Program-made: the position numbers and the translations under genes | Notes under the pieces: model-generated | Database searches by the model: none | Seen by the model: the letters and a program-made list of their open reading frames with translations, nothing else | What the model was told of the DNA's origin: nothing | Shown here: positions 54,752-64,000 of the stretch, piece after piece | How positions within the stretch are numbered: the first letter of the stretch is position 1 | Layout of the letters: every line of letters begins with the position of its first letter | Origin: Sphyrna mokarran | Taxonomy: Eukaryota | Assembly (NCBI GenBank): GCA_024679065.1 | Contig: JAGIQG010000006.1 | Span: 47,554,001-47,618,000, forward strand | DNA length: 64,000 bases | Direction of reading: 5' to 3'

Positions 54752-56078
54752 AAAATACACATCTTGAAGTTTTTGTCTCATCAGGACAATTTACAAGAAT
54801 ATCAAATATAGAGGAAACAACAAATTGAACTTTATGAGAAGAGTGCGAATTGGTGAATGTGGATTCTGATTGGTAGAGACATTGTCATGGGGAAATGCAC
54901 CAATTAACTAATGATTGACAGTTAACTGCCAAGCTTTGTTTAAATTTAAACCAGGCAGATTGACTCTAATTCGTCAAGGCATTGACCTGGAAAATGAATC
55001 AGGGAATGGCTGTCACCTGTTGTTTAGTTGAAACACGTGCAATGTGTGTATGTTATCCCTATCTACAAAGAACAGGGCCTTGTGTATTAATACATTTAAC
55101 TGTTGGTCTAGTGACCAGTCTATTTCAGATATCATGGAAGGGTAAGGAATCTCAAAAATTTAAAACAGGCAAAGTTAGCCGTTTCACACTGCTACGATGC
55201 GGTAGCAACACAAGTATTATTTACCGTTAACAGGGTGTTGCCGTCGAGCCAAAAAGGCATTCTACCTATCATACAAGTCAGCAATGTGTATACACATTTC
55301 AGTGCCAATACGAAGCTCAGGAAGTAAGCTGCACAATCCAAAGAGTGGCTGATCGTATAAAACAACAATGTCCCTTTGGCTATTCATATCAAGCAAGGAT
55401 TTAACCATAGGCAAACAGCCCATGCTTGCCAAACTCATAACAGTATGCAACATTAAATATGATTCTTCAGTTGAACAATATTTGCTAAACAATTTGAGCT
55501 CTGACGAAAGATTATCCTGACTCAAAATGTTAACTCTAGTCTCTCTGCACAGATGTTATCAGACCTACTGAGATGTTCCAGCATTTTCTGGTTTTATTTT
55601 AGATTCTAGCATCAGCAGTATTTTACTTTTATATTTGGTAAACAATCCTGAACGTGTTAAGAATTGTACTGATAACAAATTTATGAGTTGGGTCGCAGTG
55701 TGGCATATTTACATGTGTTGGAAGCTATCTGTATTAACACACAGAACCCTATTCTTTTCAGATAGAAAGAATACTTACACACATTGCACCTATTGTGGCT
55801 AAACAAAACAGATGATAGCCATTCTCTGGTTCATTCCCCAAGGCCCTCAACTGGAGTCAACCTGCTTGGTTTGAAATATAAACAAAGTTGGCATTTAACT
55901 GTCAGTCATCATTTAATTGGTGCATTCTCCATGGCAATATCTCTACCAATCAGAGTCCGCATTCCATTAACCAATCAGTATTCTCTTTTCCTGAAGTATA
56001 AATTGTTGTTTCCCCTATATTTGGTATTCTTACAAATTGTCCTGATGAGTGCAAGACACAAAGATTCAACAACATATT
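54752..56078 (+). mobile_element. Penelope-like retroelement remnant: GIY-YIG region and pLTR, preceded by an inverted pLTR copy (54752-55110)
   Basis: 55180-55780 gives decayed GIY-YIG peptides (NRVLPSSQKGILPII; VYTFQCQYEAQEVSCTIQRVADRIKQ; LHVLEAICINTQNPIL); 54752-55110 is the reverse complement of ~55725-56078; CTGATGA hammerhead core at 56042 and, reversed, at 54778-54784. Confidence 0.75.
55494..55630 (+). mobile_element. 137-bp non-autonomous Penelope-pLTR-type mini-element with 16-bp TSD
   Basis: Flanked by ATATTTGCTAAACAAT (55478-55493) and ATATTTGGTAAACAAT (55631-55646); contains CTGACGA...CAAAATGTTAACTC and tail agattctagcatcagcagtattttactttt. Confidence 0.75.
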
Positions 56079-56835
56079 GAACATTCCAGCAATATGTTGT
56101 ACAGTATGTGTCAGTGGTAAGTCTTTTGACAACATAATACAGTAAAGCTCTAGGATGAGTAGGGTTAATTGAAAGCAACTTCTTAATTTGCTTATTTAAC
56201 TGTTCAGGTAAGTAATTGTCCAGTTTGCACTTTCATAATGGTTAGTACTTTTAGCCTCTGTCAATTCTTTAGAAAATCTGATCCAAAACATTGGATTAAT
56301 ATGTTCTAGCAATTTTCAACTTAACAGAAGAAGCAGTAGGCTGTATGTGTACTATGTAGAGTAGTAGGTTCAGAAAGGATTACATTTCCCACACTGGATT
56401 ACTAACTCAGCCATTTCATTGTGGAGATGAAAAGAATGCCTCCCTTCAAAGTGGAGGGCTAATTAATGGGAGAGTCACTTGGTATTCCTCCTCAATATGC
56501 CGTCTGCGGAGAACCTGATTGAAAGTCATCCATCCGCTCTGTTGACATAGAATATGATGCAACACGGAAAAAAAACAGAAAGGATAGTGAAAATACATAT
56601 TTCTTTAAAACTTTTTAAAGGTGGGAAGAGTGCAGAATCCACAGAGTGTCTCAGCTGGAAGGCTGCCTTTGAAATTTAGAAGACAGGACTGTAGCATAGA
56701 CTTTTTATGAAGAGCATCAGATCTCAAAATCTTCTCTGAGATTTTCATCTTTGAAAAAATGTGTTGTGAATTCCTGTTAAACTAGCTATAAAAATGATGA
56801 ACTAAGTTCTCTATTTCAAGATTGGTGTATATAAG

Positions 56836-57100
56836 GCCATAAGACATAGGAGCAAAACTGGATCACTCAGCCCATTGAGTCTGCTCTGCCAATCAATCAT
56901 GGCTGATATTTTTCTCATCCCCATTCTCCTGCCTTTTCCCCATGACCTCTGATCCCCTTATCAATCAAGAACTTATCTATCTCTATTTTAAAGACACTCA
57001 ATAGCCTGGCCTCACAAACTTCTGCACAAAGAGTTCCATAGATTCACTACTCTCTGGTTAAAGAAATTCCTCCTCATCTCTGTTTTAAAGGATCATCCCT
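56836..57100 (-). mobile_element. CR1 LINE 3' end fragment
   Basis: Reverse complement of a CR1 tail and ORF2 end (ccataagacataggagca...aagaaattcctcctcatctc), similar to 45191-45430. Confidence 0.75.
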
Positions 57101-57344
57101 ACATCTTATAATATTGATATGTTTACAATCAAATGAGTAGCAGGAATTTAAAATTATAATATTTTAGACATTTTAATCACACTGACTATTTAGAGGGATG
57201 GTAAACAAGTTTGACATAGGATGCTTTTGGTATTAAAATGATATAATGAGGTGAAACACTACCTCTGATCAGAGGGATTCTATCTTATAGCAAATATTTA
57301 TTTTTTTATGATATCAAGCCACATGTCAATTTAAACAGTATAGC

Positions 57345-57472
57345 AATGTGCATTTCTGTAACAAAATGTCCTAAGGACATAATCAGAAAAAAAAATGGGT
57401 GCCAAAAAGCAAATCTAGGGGATTAACCAAAAGCTTGGTCAAAAAGATAGGTTTGAAGGAAGGTCTTTAAAA
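57345..57472 (-). mobile_element. Possible old L2-like 3' fragment
   Basis: accaaaagcttggtcaaaaagataggtttgaaggaaggtctttaaa resembles recalled fish L2-type 3' ends; short and diverged. Confidence 0.35.
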
Positions 57473-57526
57473 GCTCACAAATTCACTTCTTTTCTACGAT
57501 GGATTCTGAGCTTGGACATTGATTTC

Positions 57527-60500
57527 TAGATCTGTCTGACAGGATAGAGGGCATTTTGAAGGGTGAGGGGATCCAGGCGGATGTGATTATTCACGTAGGA
57601 GAGAAGGATGTAGGAAGAAAGTGCAGGGAGGATATACGAAGGCAGTTCAGGGAGTTGGGGGGTAGGCTGAAGAGCAGGGCCTCCAGGGTGGCGATCTCAG
57701 GGCTTCTTCCAGAGCTGGGTAATAGCGGAGCCAGGAGAAATGAGATCCTACAGTTGAATGCGTGGCTGAAGGACTGGTGTAGGGCAGAGGGTTTCATATT
57801 TGTTGATAACTGGGAAGTCGTTGTGAAAGAAGGGCACCTGTTTAGAAGGGATGGGGAACACTTAAATGGGAAGGGCGTGAATATCTTAGCTGGGAGGTTA
57901 GCTGGAGTGTTTCAGCAGGATTTAAACTAATATGGAGGGGGGGAGGGGCTGAGACCGATAGCTCGGTAGAGAACGAGATGGGAGATACAATAAGCTTGGA
58001 TGAGAAGAAATACACCAGGAAGAAGGAGGTTATGAGTGGGCTCGGAGGTCTGGAGTGTGTCTGTTTCAATATGAGGAGAAGTAACGGGAAAAATGGATGA
58101 ACTTAGGGCCTTAATGTTTGCGAGGAACTTGGATGTGATTGTGGTGACAGAGACGTGGTTAAGGGAAGGGGAGCAGTGGCAACTGAACATTCCTGGACAT
58201 AAGTGTTTCAGGCGTGACAGAGGAAGATCCGAAAGAGGTGGGGGAGTGGCGTTGTTAGTTAAGGAGAGCATCACGGTGGTGCAGAGGGAGGACAATACAG
58301 AGGAGTTAGGAGCAGAGTCGCTGTGGGTGGAGTTGAGGAATAGAAAGGGGGCGATTACTATGCTAGGGGTGTATTATAGGCCACCCAACAGCCTGCGGGT
58401 AGTTGAAGAAGGCATATGTAAAGACATTTTGGATAGGTGCAGAAAGAACAGAGTCGTTATAGTGGGAGATTTTAATCTCCCTCGGGTGGATTGGAAAGTA
58501 CCTAGAGCTGGGGGTTTGGACGGGCAGGAATTTGTAAAATGTGTACTGGAAGGATCATTGGAGCAGTATGTGGGCTAGCCCGACTAGAGAAGGGGCTATA
58601 TTGGATTTAGTTCTGAGTAATGAGCCAGGGCAGGTGGTTGATGTTGTAGTAGGGGAACATGTGGCTAATAGTGACCACAATTCTGTCTACTTTAGGGTAC
58701 AGATGGAAAAGAATGCTTGTTTCCCCAGGGGCAGGGTGCTGAATTGGGGGAAGGCTAACTATGGTCGGATTAGGCAGGAACTTATGGAAACTGATTGGGA
58801 ACAGTTGTTCGAGGGTAAGTCCACGCTAAGCACGTGGGACTCTTTCAAGGGAATACTGAAAATGTTGCAAGATGTGCCAGCTAAGAGGAAAGATGGGAAA
58901 GGTAGGATTAGAGAGCCGTGGATTACTAGGGATATTGAGGACTTGGTTAGGAAGAAAACAGAGGTGTATGATAGGTCAAAGCATCTGGGAACAGCGTTGG
59001 AGGAATATAGAGAGAGTAGAAGAGAGCTCAAATGGGGAGTTAGAAGGGCAAAAAGGGGGCATGAAATGATTCTGGCGGATAGGATTAAGGAAAATCCAAA
59101 GGCTTTTTACTCCTATGTTAGGGATAAAAGGGTGGTTAGAGGAAAAATCGGACCTCTTAGGGACAGAGAAGGGAACTGTGCTTAGAGCCCGAGGGAATAG
59201 CGGAGATCCTGAATGAATACTTTGCATTGGTATTCACGAAGGAGAAGGGCTTGTTGACAGCTCCTGTCTCTGAAGGAGCTGTGGACCAGTTGAGGGAAAT
59301 ATCCATACTGAGGGAGGAAGTGTTAGAGCTTCTAAGTAGCATTAAAACTGCTAAATCTCTGGGGCCTGATGACATTTATCCCAGGCTGCTTAGGGAGGTA
59401 CGAGGCGAAATTGCTGGGCCTGTGACGCAAATCTTTGTCTCTTCTTCGGACTCAGTTGAGGTCCCAGAGGACTGGAGAATAGCTAATGTTGTACCGTTGT
59501 TTAAAAAGGGTAGTAGGGATAACCCTGGGAATTATAGGCCGGTGAGTTTGACGTCAGTGGTAGGGAAGCTGTTGGAGGGGATTCTTAGAGATGGGATGTA
59601 TAGGCACTTAGAGTGTTGAAATCTGATTATAGGGATACGCAGCATGGATTTGTTAAGGGGAGATCGTGTCTTACGAATCTGGTAGAATGTTTTGGGGAGG
59701 TGACGAAAACGGTTGACAAAGGGCGAGCCGTTGATGTCGTCTATATGGATTTCAGTAAGGCGTTTGACAAAGTCCCTCATGGGAGGTTAGTTGAAAAGGT
59801 CAAGGCTAATGGGATACAAGGACAAGTAGCTAGATGGATAAGTAACTGGCTTGGTAATAGGAGACAGAGAGTAATAGTGGAAGATGTTTTTCTAGCTGGA
59901 GGTCGGTCACTAGTGGTGTGCCGCAGGGCTCGGTACTGGGACCTCTTCTATTTGTAATATATATAAATGACTTGGAAGAGGGAGTAAGTGGAGTGATCAG
60001 CAAGTTTGCAGACGATACAAAGATGGCTGGACTTGCGGATAGTGAGGAGCATTGTCAGGCGATGCAGCAGGACATAGATAGGCTGGTAGCTTGGGCAGAC
60101 AGATGGCAGATGGAATTCAATCCTGATAAATGTGAGGTAATGCATTTCAGGAGAAACGATGTAGGGGGTAGGTATATGATAAAGGGTAGATCTATTAAGA
60201 GTATAGAAACGCAGAGGGACCTGGGGGTGCAGGTGAACAAGTCTCTGAAGATGGCAGACAAGTGGAGAAGGTTGTGAAGAAAGAATATAGTATGCTGGCC
60301 TTTATAGGAAGGGATATAGAGTACAAGAGCAGGCCTTTAATATTACAGTTGTATAAAATATTGGTTAGACCTCATTTGGAATACTGCGTCCAGTTCTGCT
60401 CGCCTTATTACCGGAAGGACGTGGAGACTCTGGAGAAAGTGCAGAAGAGGTTTACCAGGATGCTGCCTGGTATGGAAGGTCTGAGTTATGAGGAGACGTT

Positions 60501-61348
60501 AGGCAAATTGGGACTGTTTTCCTTAGAAAGACATAGACTTAGAGGAGATCTAATAGAGGTGTACAAGATTATGAGGGGTATAGATAGAGTAAACAGGATT
60601 AAGCTTTTTCCTAGGATGGACTCGAATAGCATGAGGGGTCACAGGCTTAGGGTGAGAGGGGCAAAGTATAATTTGGATGCTAGAGGGAGTTTTTTCACAC
60701 AGAGGGTGGTGGGGGTATGGAATGCGCTGCCAAATAAAGTGGTGGAGGCAGGCACTCTGGAGTTATTTAAGAAATACTTAGATGGGCACATGAACAGAAT
60801 GGGAATGGAGGGGTATAGAAAACTGATTTAAATAGGGATCATGAGCCTTGGGAGTCCCTGGGAAGTGTGTAAATAGATGATGATATTGATGTACTTGTTT
60901 TTATCCTACAGGTGCTTTGGTCCACCTTGTTGTCTAACAAGGGGCATACATGTGATGGGTCGTGAGAGGGCTGCTCTTGGATTTTTTTTCGAGAGTATCC
61001 TAGTACTTCACGTTGTTAGTGTATGCTTGACCTGCACCATTTGATGGGCAACATGACAGCTCAGTGACTATCGCTGTGCTGTGCAGATACATGGATTTGG
61101 GCCTGTGTCTGTGGGAGTTTGCACATTCTCCCTGTGCTGCGTGGGTTTTCTCCAGGTGCTCTGGTTTCCTCCCACATCCCAAAGGTGCTCTTAGGCTAAT
61201 TGGCAAAACAAATTCTCCCTAAATTGTCTCAAATTTGGTTTTTTAATCCATAGATCTATAAACATAGACAGGGATCACGGGTAGAGGTGGGAACATCGGG
61301 AAGACGGTGCGGGCTCGTTGGGCTGAAGGGCCTGTTTCCTGTGCTGTT
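57527..61348 (+). mobile_element. Relatively young, 5'-truncated CR1 (HER1-like) LINE: ORF1 SGNH esterase C-half, frameshifted ORF2 (APE + RT), long 3' UTR
   Basis: ORF1 57556-57930 with IHVGEKD and DGEHLN (SGNH blocks III and V); APE motifs VTETWL, GGGVA, YYRPP, GDFN, SDHN; RT motifs NYRPVSLTS, QHGF, DFSKAFD, PQGSVLGP, FADD; ORF2 stop 60831; CR1 tail gggctgaagggcctgtttcc and (TTTGTTC)n ending 61348. Confidence 0.92.
61046..61348 (+). mobile_element. V-SINE/HE1-like domain plus CR1 tail
   Basis: gtctgtgggagtttgcacattctccctgtgctgcgtgggttttctccaggtgctctggtttcctcccaca is the V-SINE core; homologous, in opposite orientation, to 50990-51080. Confidence 0.75.
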
Positions 61349-61349
61349 T

Positions 61350-62140
61350 TGTTCTTTGTTCTTTGTTCATACTCCAAGCCAATTCCAACAATCAGCTACA
61401 TCCTATTTGTTCAGAAGTCTGTTTTATGGCACTATGTCAATCACCTCTGGAAGTCCATGTATACCACAACAACATCAACCCTTACGCTACCTCTTAAAAA
61501 AACTCAGTCAGTAAAGCATAATTTTACATTAACAATTCTGCGCTGGCTTTCCTTCATTAACCTGTATTTGTCCAAGTGACAATTAATTTTTGTGCCAATT
61601 ATTGTTTCTAGAATTTCCCCACCACCGAAGATAAACTGACAGGCCACAGCTGCTGGGCTTATTTTTACATGCATTTTTGAACAAGAATATAACATATGCC
61701 ATTCTCCAGTTCAACCATGCCTGGATTGAAGGAAGACTGACAAATTATGGCCAATGCCTCTACAATTTCCACTCTTGCTTTCTTCAATGTCCTTGGATGC
61801 ATTTCCTCCAGTCCTTGGATCTTCACAACTTCAAGAACAGACAATCTATCCAATACCTCCTCTTCAGCTATCTTAATTCCTTCTAGTGTATTAGTTATCC
61901 TCTCTTTCGCTGGGTAATATCTTTTTCCAGATATAGATGTAAAATATTCATTCAATACCTCAGCTATCCCTCGTGCCTCCATTTGACATCAATTATAGGT
62001 ATGCTTTTGCTTCTTCATCGTAATCTTTATCTCTCTCCCAGTTGCGGAGCTCTGGATTTGTTTGCCTTAGCTTTCCCTTTCATACATCTGTATCCTTACC
62101 ATTAAGCTCAGGGCACTGCTGCATCCTGCTCACTTTCAAT
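61350..62140 (-). mobile_element. Old degenerate CR1 ORF2 fragment
   Basis: Minus ORFs 61665-61982 (IAEVLNEYFTS...MHPRTLKKARVEIVEAL) and 61504-61695 (ILETIIGTKINCHLDKYRLMKESQ) are paralogous to ORF2 at 59200-59700. Confidence 0.8.
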
Positions 62141-62145
62141 GTCTT

Positions 62146-63451
62146 TGTAATATATTGAAGTGGTTTTATGACTGCTTTAAGAGCTAGTCACATACTTTTA
62201 TGGTGATGGCATGGGAGTGTTTCACAGGCTTTTGTTTAGTTTCAGTTTCTACTCTGTACAGGTGATAGCGCTAACAATAAATCTTGTTGTTTGTTTGAAT
62301 CTATATGTGCAAACCACATCTGTGCTTTTTGCGTAAAATTTATAACCTCTAACACAGTTACAACATTACCAAAAGAAAATTGGTGACAAGTCAAGATTTC
62401 GTTTAATCAAGAACATCGAAAAAAGATCCTAAGAACAAGAAAATATTGCACTTTGAATATTAGAAGGCTGAGGAAAATCAACAGTTAAGGAAGTCCAACT
62501 ATGAAAAAAAAATTGCACACAGCTTCCTGAGAAGAATATTCAGAAGAACAATCTGTGTTCCTTCAAGAAGAACAAGTTGCTTTCTATAAAAATAATTACA
62601 ACATTGAAGAAAAGAATAATGACTGTGAAGAAGAAAACGTCCAAAAATATGATGAAGAGCTCCAACTGAACGTCTTATCCATACAGGGTAAATCACATAG
62701 ATTCTAGGTGGTTCTGAAGTTAAGTGAACAACCTATTAGGTTGGAGGTTGTTACTGGTGCTGCTGTATCTTTAATTTTCAAGACCAAATGCCAACAAAAG
62801 CTGGAACATCTTTCTTTTAAACAAACAAGCTGATGTGATTTTAAGGACATATAGAGAAGAGATTGTGCCTTTAAAAGATTACATCATAGTCAACGTAGAG
62901 TTGAATGGATAAACAGCGGAATTGCCTCTCCATGTGGTCTATGGTAATTTTCTAACTCTATCTGGGAGAACATTGTCGGAGAAGATTTAACTGGAGTACT
63001 GTCAACAAATTGGTTGATGCCAAAATAGACTTACAGCATCTTTTGGGTAAATATAAGTGTGTATTTGAAGAAACACTTGGTTCAATAAAGAGAGTACACG
63101 TGAAACTCAATAAAGCCTAATACTCATTCAAAAAGTCTCAAAGCAAGATCAATGCCATATGCAATTCATTCCAAGGATGAAGAAGAATTTCTATGACTTG
63201 TTCACACTGTGGTTATAATAAGTAACCCCATCGTACCCTGTCATGAAAACCAATGGTTCAGTTTGTATCTTTGGTGATTTTACTATAACCATTAATCCAG
63301 CGTTGTGTGTTGATCAATATCTTAATCCTTTAAATGAAAATTTATTTGCTGGTTTATCAGGTGGGGAGAAATTTAGCAAAATTGATCCTTCAGAAGCATA
63401 TTTACAGAGTGAATGTACCCATTGAATCTCAATCATTGTTTACCATCATTT
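62146..63451 (+). mobile_element. Gypsy/Ty3 LTR retrotransposon remnant (5' LTR, PBS, decayed protease and start of RT)
   Basis: Putative LTR TGTAATA (62146)...AATAAA...TTACAACA (62365); PBS-like TGGTGAC at 62381; protease-like LEVVTGAAVSLI ~62741; RT start MKTNGSVCIFGDFTITINPAL...LFAGLSGGEKFSKIDPSEAYLQ (63243-63410). Confidence 0.75.
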
Positions 63452-64000
63452 TGCAAACTGGAAAGTATTGAAGTAGATAGGGAGGATGTGCTAGATATTC
63501 TTGAGGGTTTGAAGTTGGATAAGTCCCCTGGGCCGGACGGGATTTACCCTAGGCTTCTCTGGGAGGCAAGAGAGGAGATTGCAGAGCCTCTGGCTCTGAT
63601 CTTCAGGTCGTCGTTGGTTACTGGTGTGGTTCCGGAGGACTGGAGGATAGCGAATGTGGTCCCATTGTTCAAGAAGGGGAAGAGAGACCTTCCAGGGAAT
63701 TATAGGCCAGTGAGTCTTACTTCTGTTGTGGGCAAAGTATTGGAGAGAATTATTAGGATAGGATTTATAGTTATTTAGAGAGAAATGAATTGATTGGGGA
63801 TAGTCAGCATGGTTTCGTGAAGGGTAGGTCATGCCTTACTAACCTCATTGAGTTTTTTGAGAAAGTGACAAGAGAGGTGGATGGGGGTAAGGCGGTTGAT
63901 GTAGTATATATGGACTTTAGTAAGGCGTTTGATAAGGTGGCCCATGGAAGACTTCTACAGAAAATGCAGATGTGCGGAATAGAGGGTGATTTAGCTAATT
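63452..64000 (+). mobile_element. Young 5'-truncated CR1 LINE RT region inserted in the Gypsy pol; runs off the window
   Basis: KSPGPDGIYPRLLWEAREEIAEPL...NYRPVSLTSVVGK, then SQHGFVKGRSC and YMDFSKAFDKV. Confidence 0.9.

Noticed and set aside
55494-56060. Active hammerhead ribozymes
   Set aside because: The GAAA half of the catalytic core is mutated or deleted in every copy.
57527-60831. Active or domesticated LINE gene
   Set aside because: 5'-truncated within ORF1 and about six frameshifts plus small deletions in ORF2, although some indels could be assembly errors.
60945-61020. SECIS element in the LINE 3' UTR structure
   Set aside because: No AA(R) apical motif at the required spacing from an RTGA and no GA quartet partner; no selenoprotein context.
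41211-64000. Further FAM172A exons
   Set aside because: No segment resembling the preceding exon peptide (recalled as WVSSSEPLDTSV...PRVSA) was seen; the intron probably extends beyond the window.

Overview
Vertebrate genomic DNA, most likely a cartilaginous fish (shark or ray, inferred from HE1/V-SINE-like and HER1/CR1-like repeats). It holds the complete three-exon NR2F1 (COUP-TFI) gene on the + strand (CDS 8564-9011, 9718-10245, 11950-12224; 416 aa). A convergent terminal coding exon of FAM172A/ARB2A lies on the - strand (41059-41210) and is absent from the ORF track. The first ~41 kb has no recognisable transposons, keeps many CpGs and carries motif-dense non-coding blocks, as expected for a developmental genomic regulatory block. 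From ~44.7 kb onward (FAM172A intron) the sequence is CpG-poor and full of nested retroelements: CR1, Rex1-like, Penelope, Gypsy, SINEs and MITEs. The best leads are (i) a young CR1 whose atypical 3' UTR has a G-U-rich rod-like RNA structure plus a B-box-less V-SINE domain, (ii) a possible optional 5'-UTR intron in NR2F1 that would remove most uORFs, (iii) a Penelope with inverted pLTRs and a nested TSD-flanked hammerhead-type mini-element, and (iv) a TGACAG-rich element in the FAM172A 3' UTR. No prokaryotic, CRISPR-type or otherwise clearly new system is supported. Family names and cross-species comparisons come from recalled sequences, not from searches.
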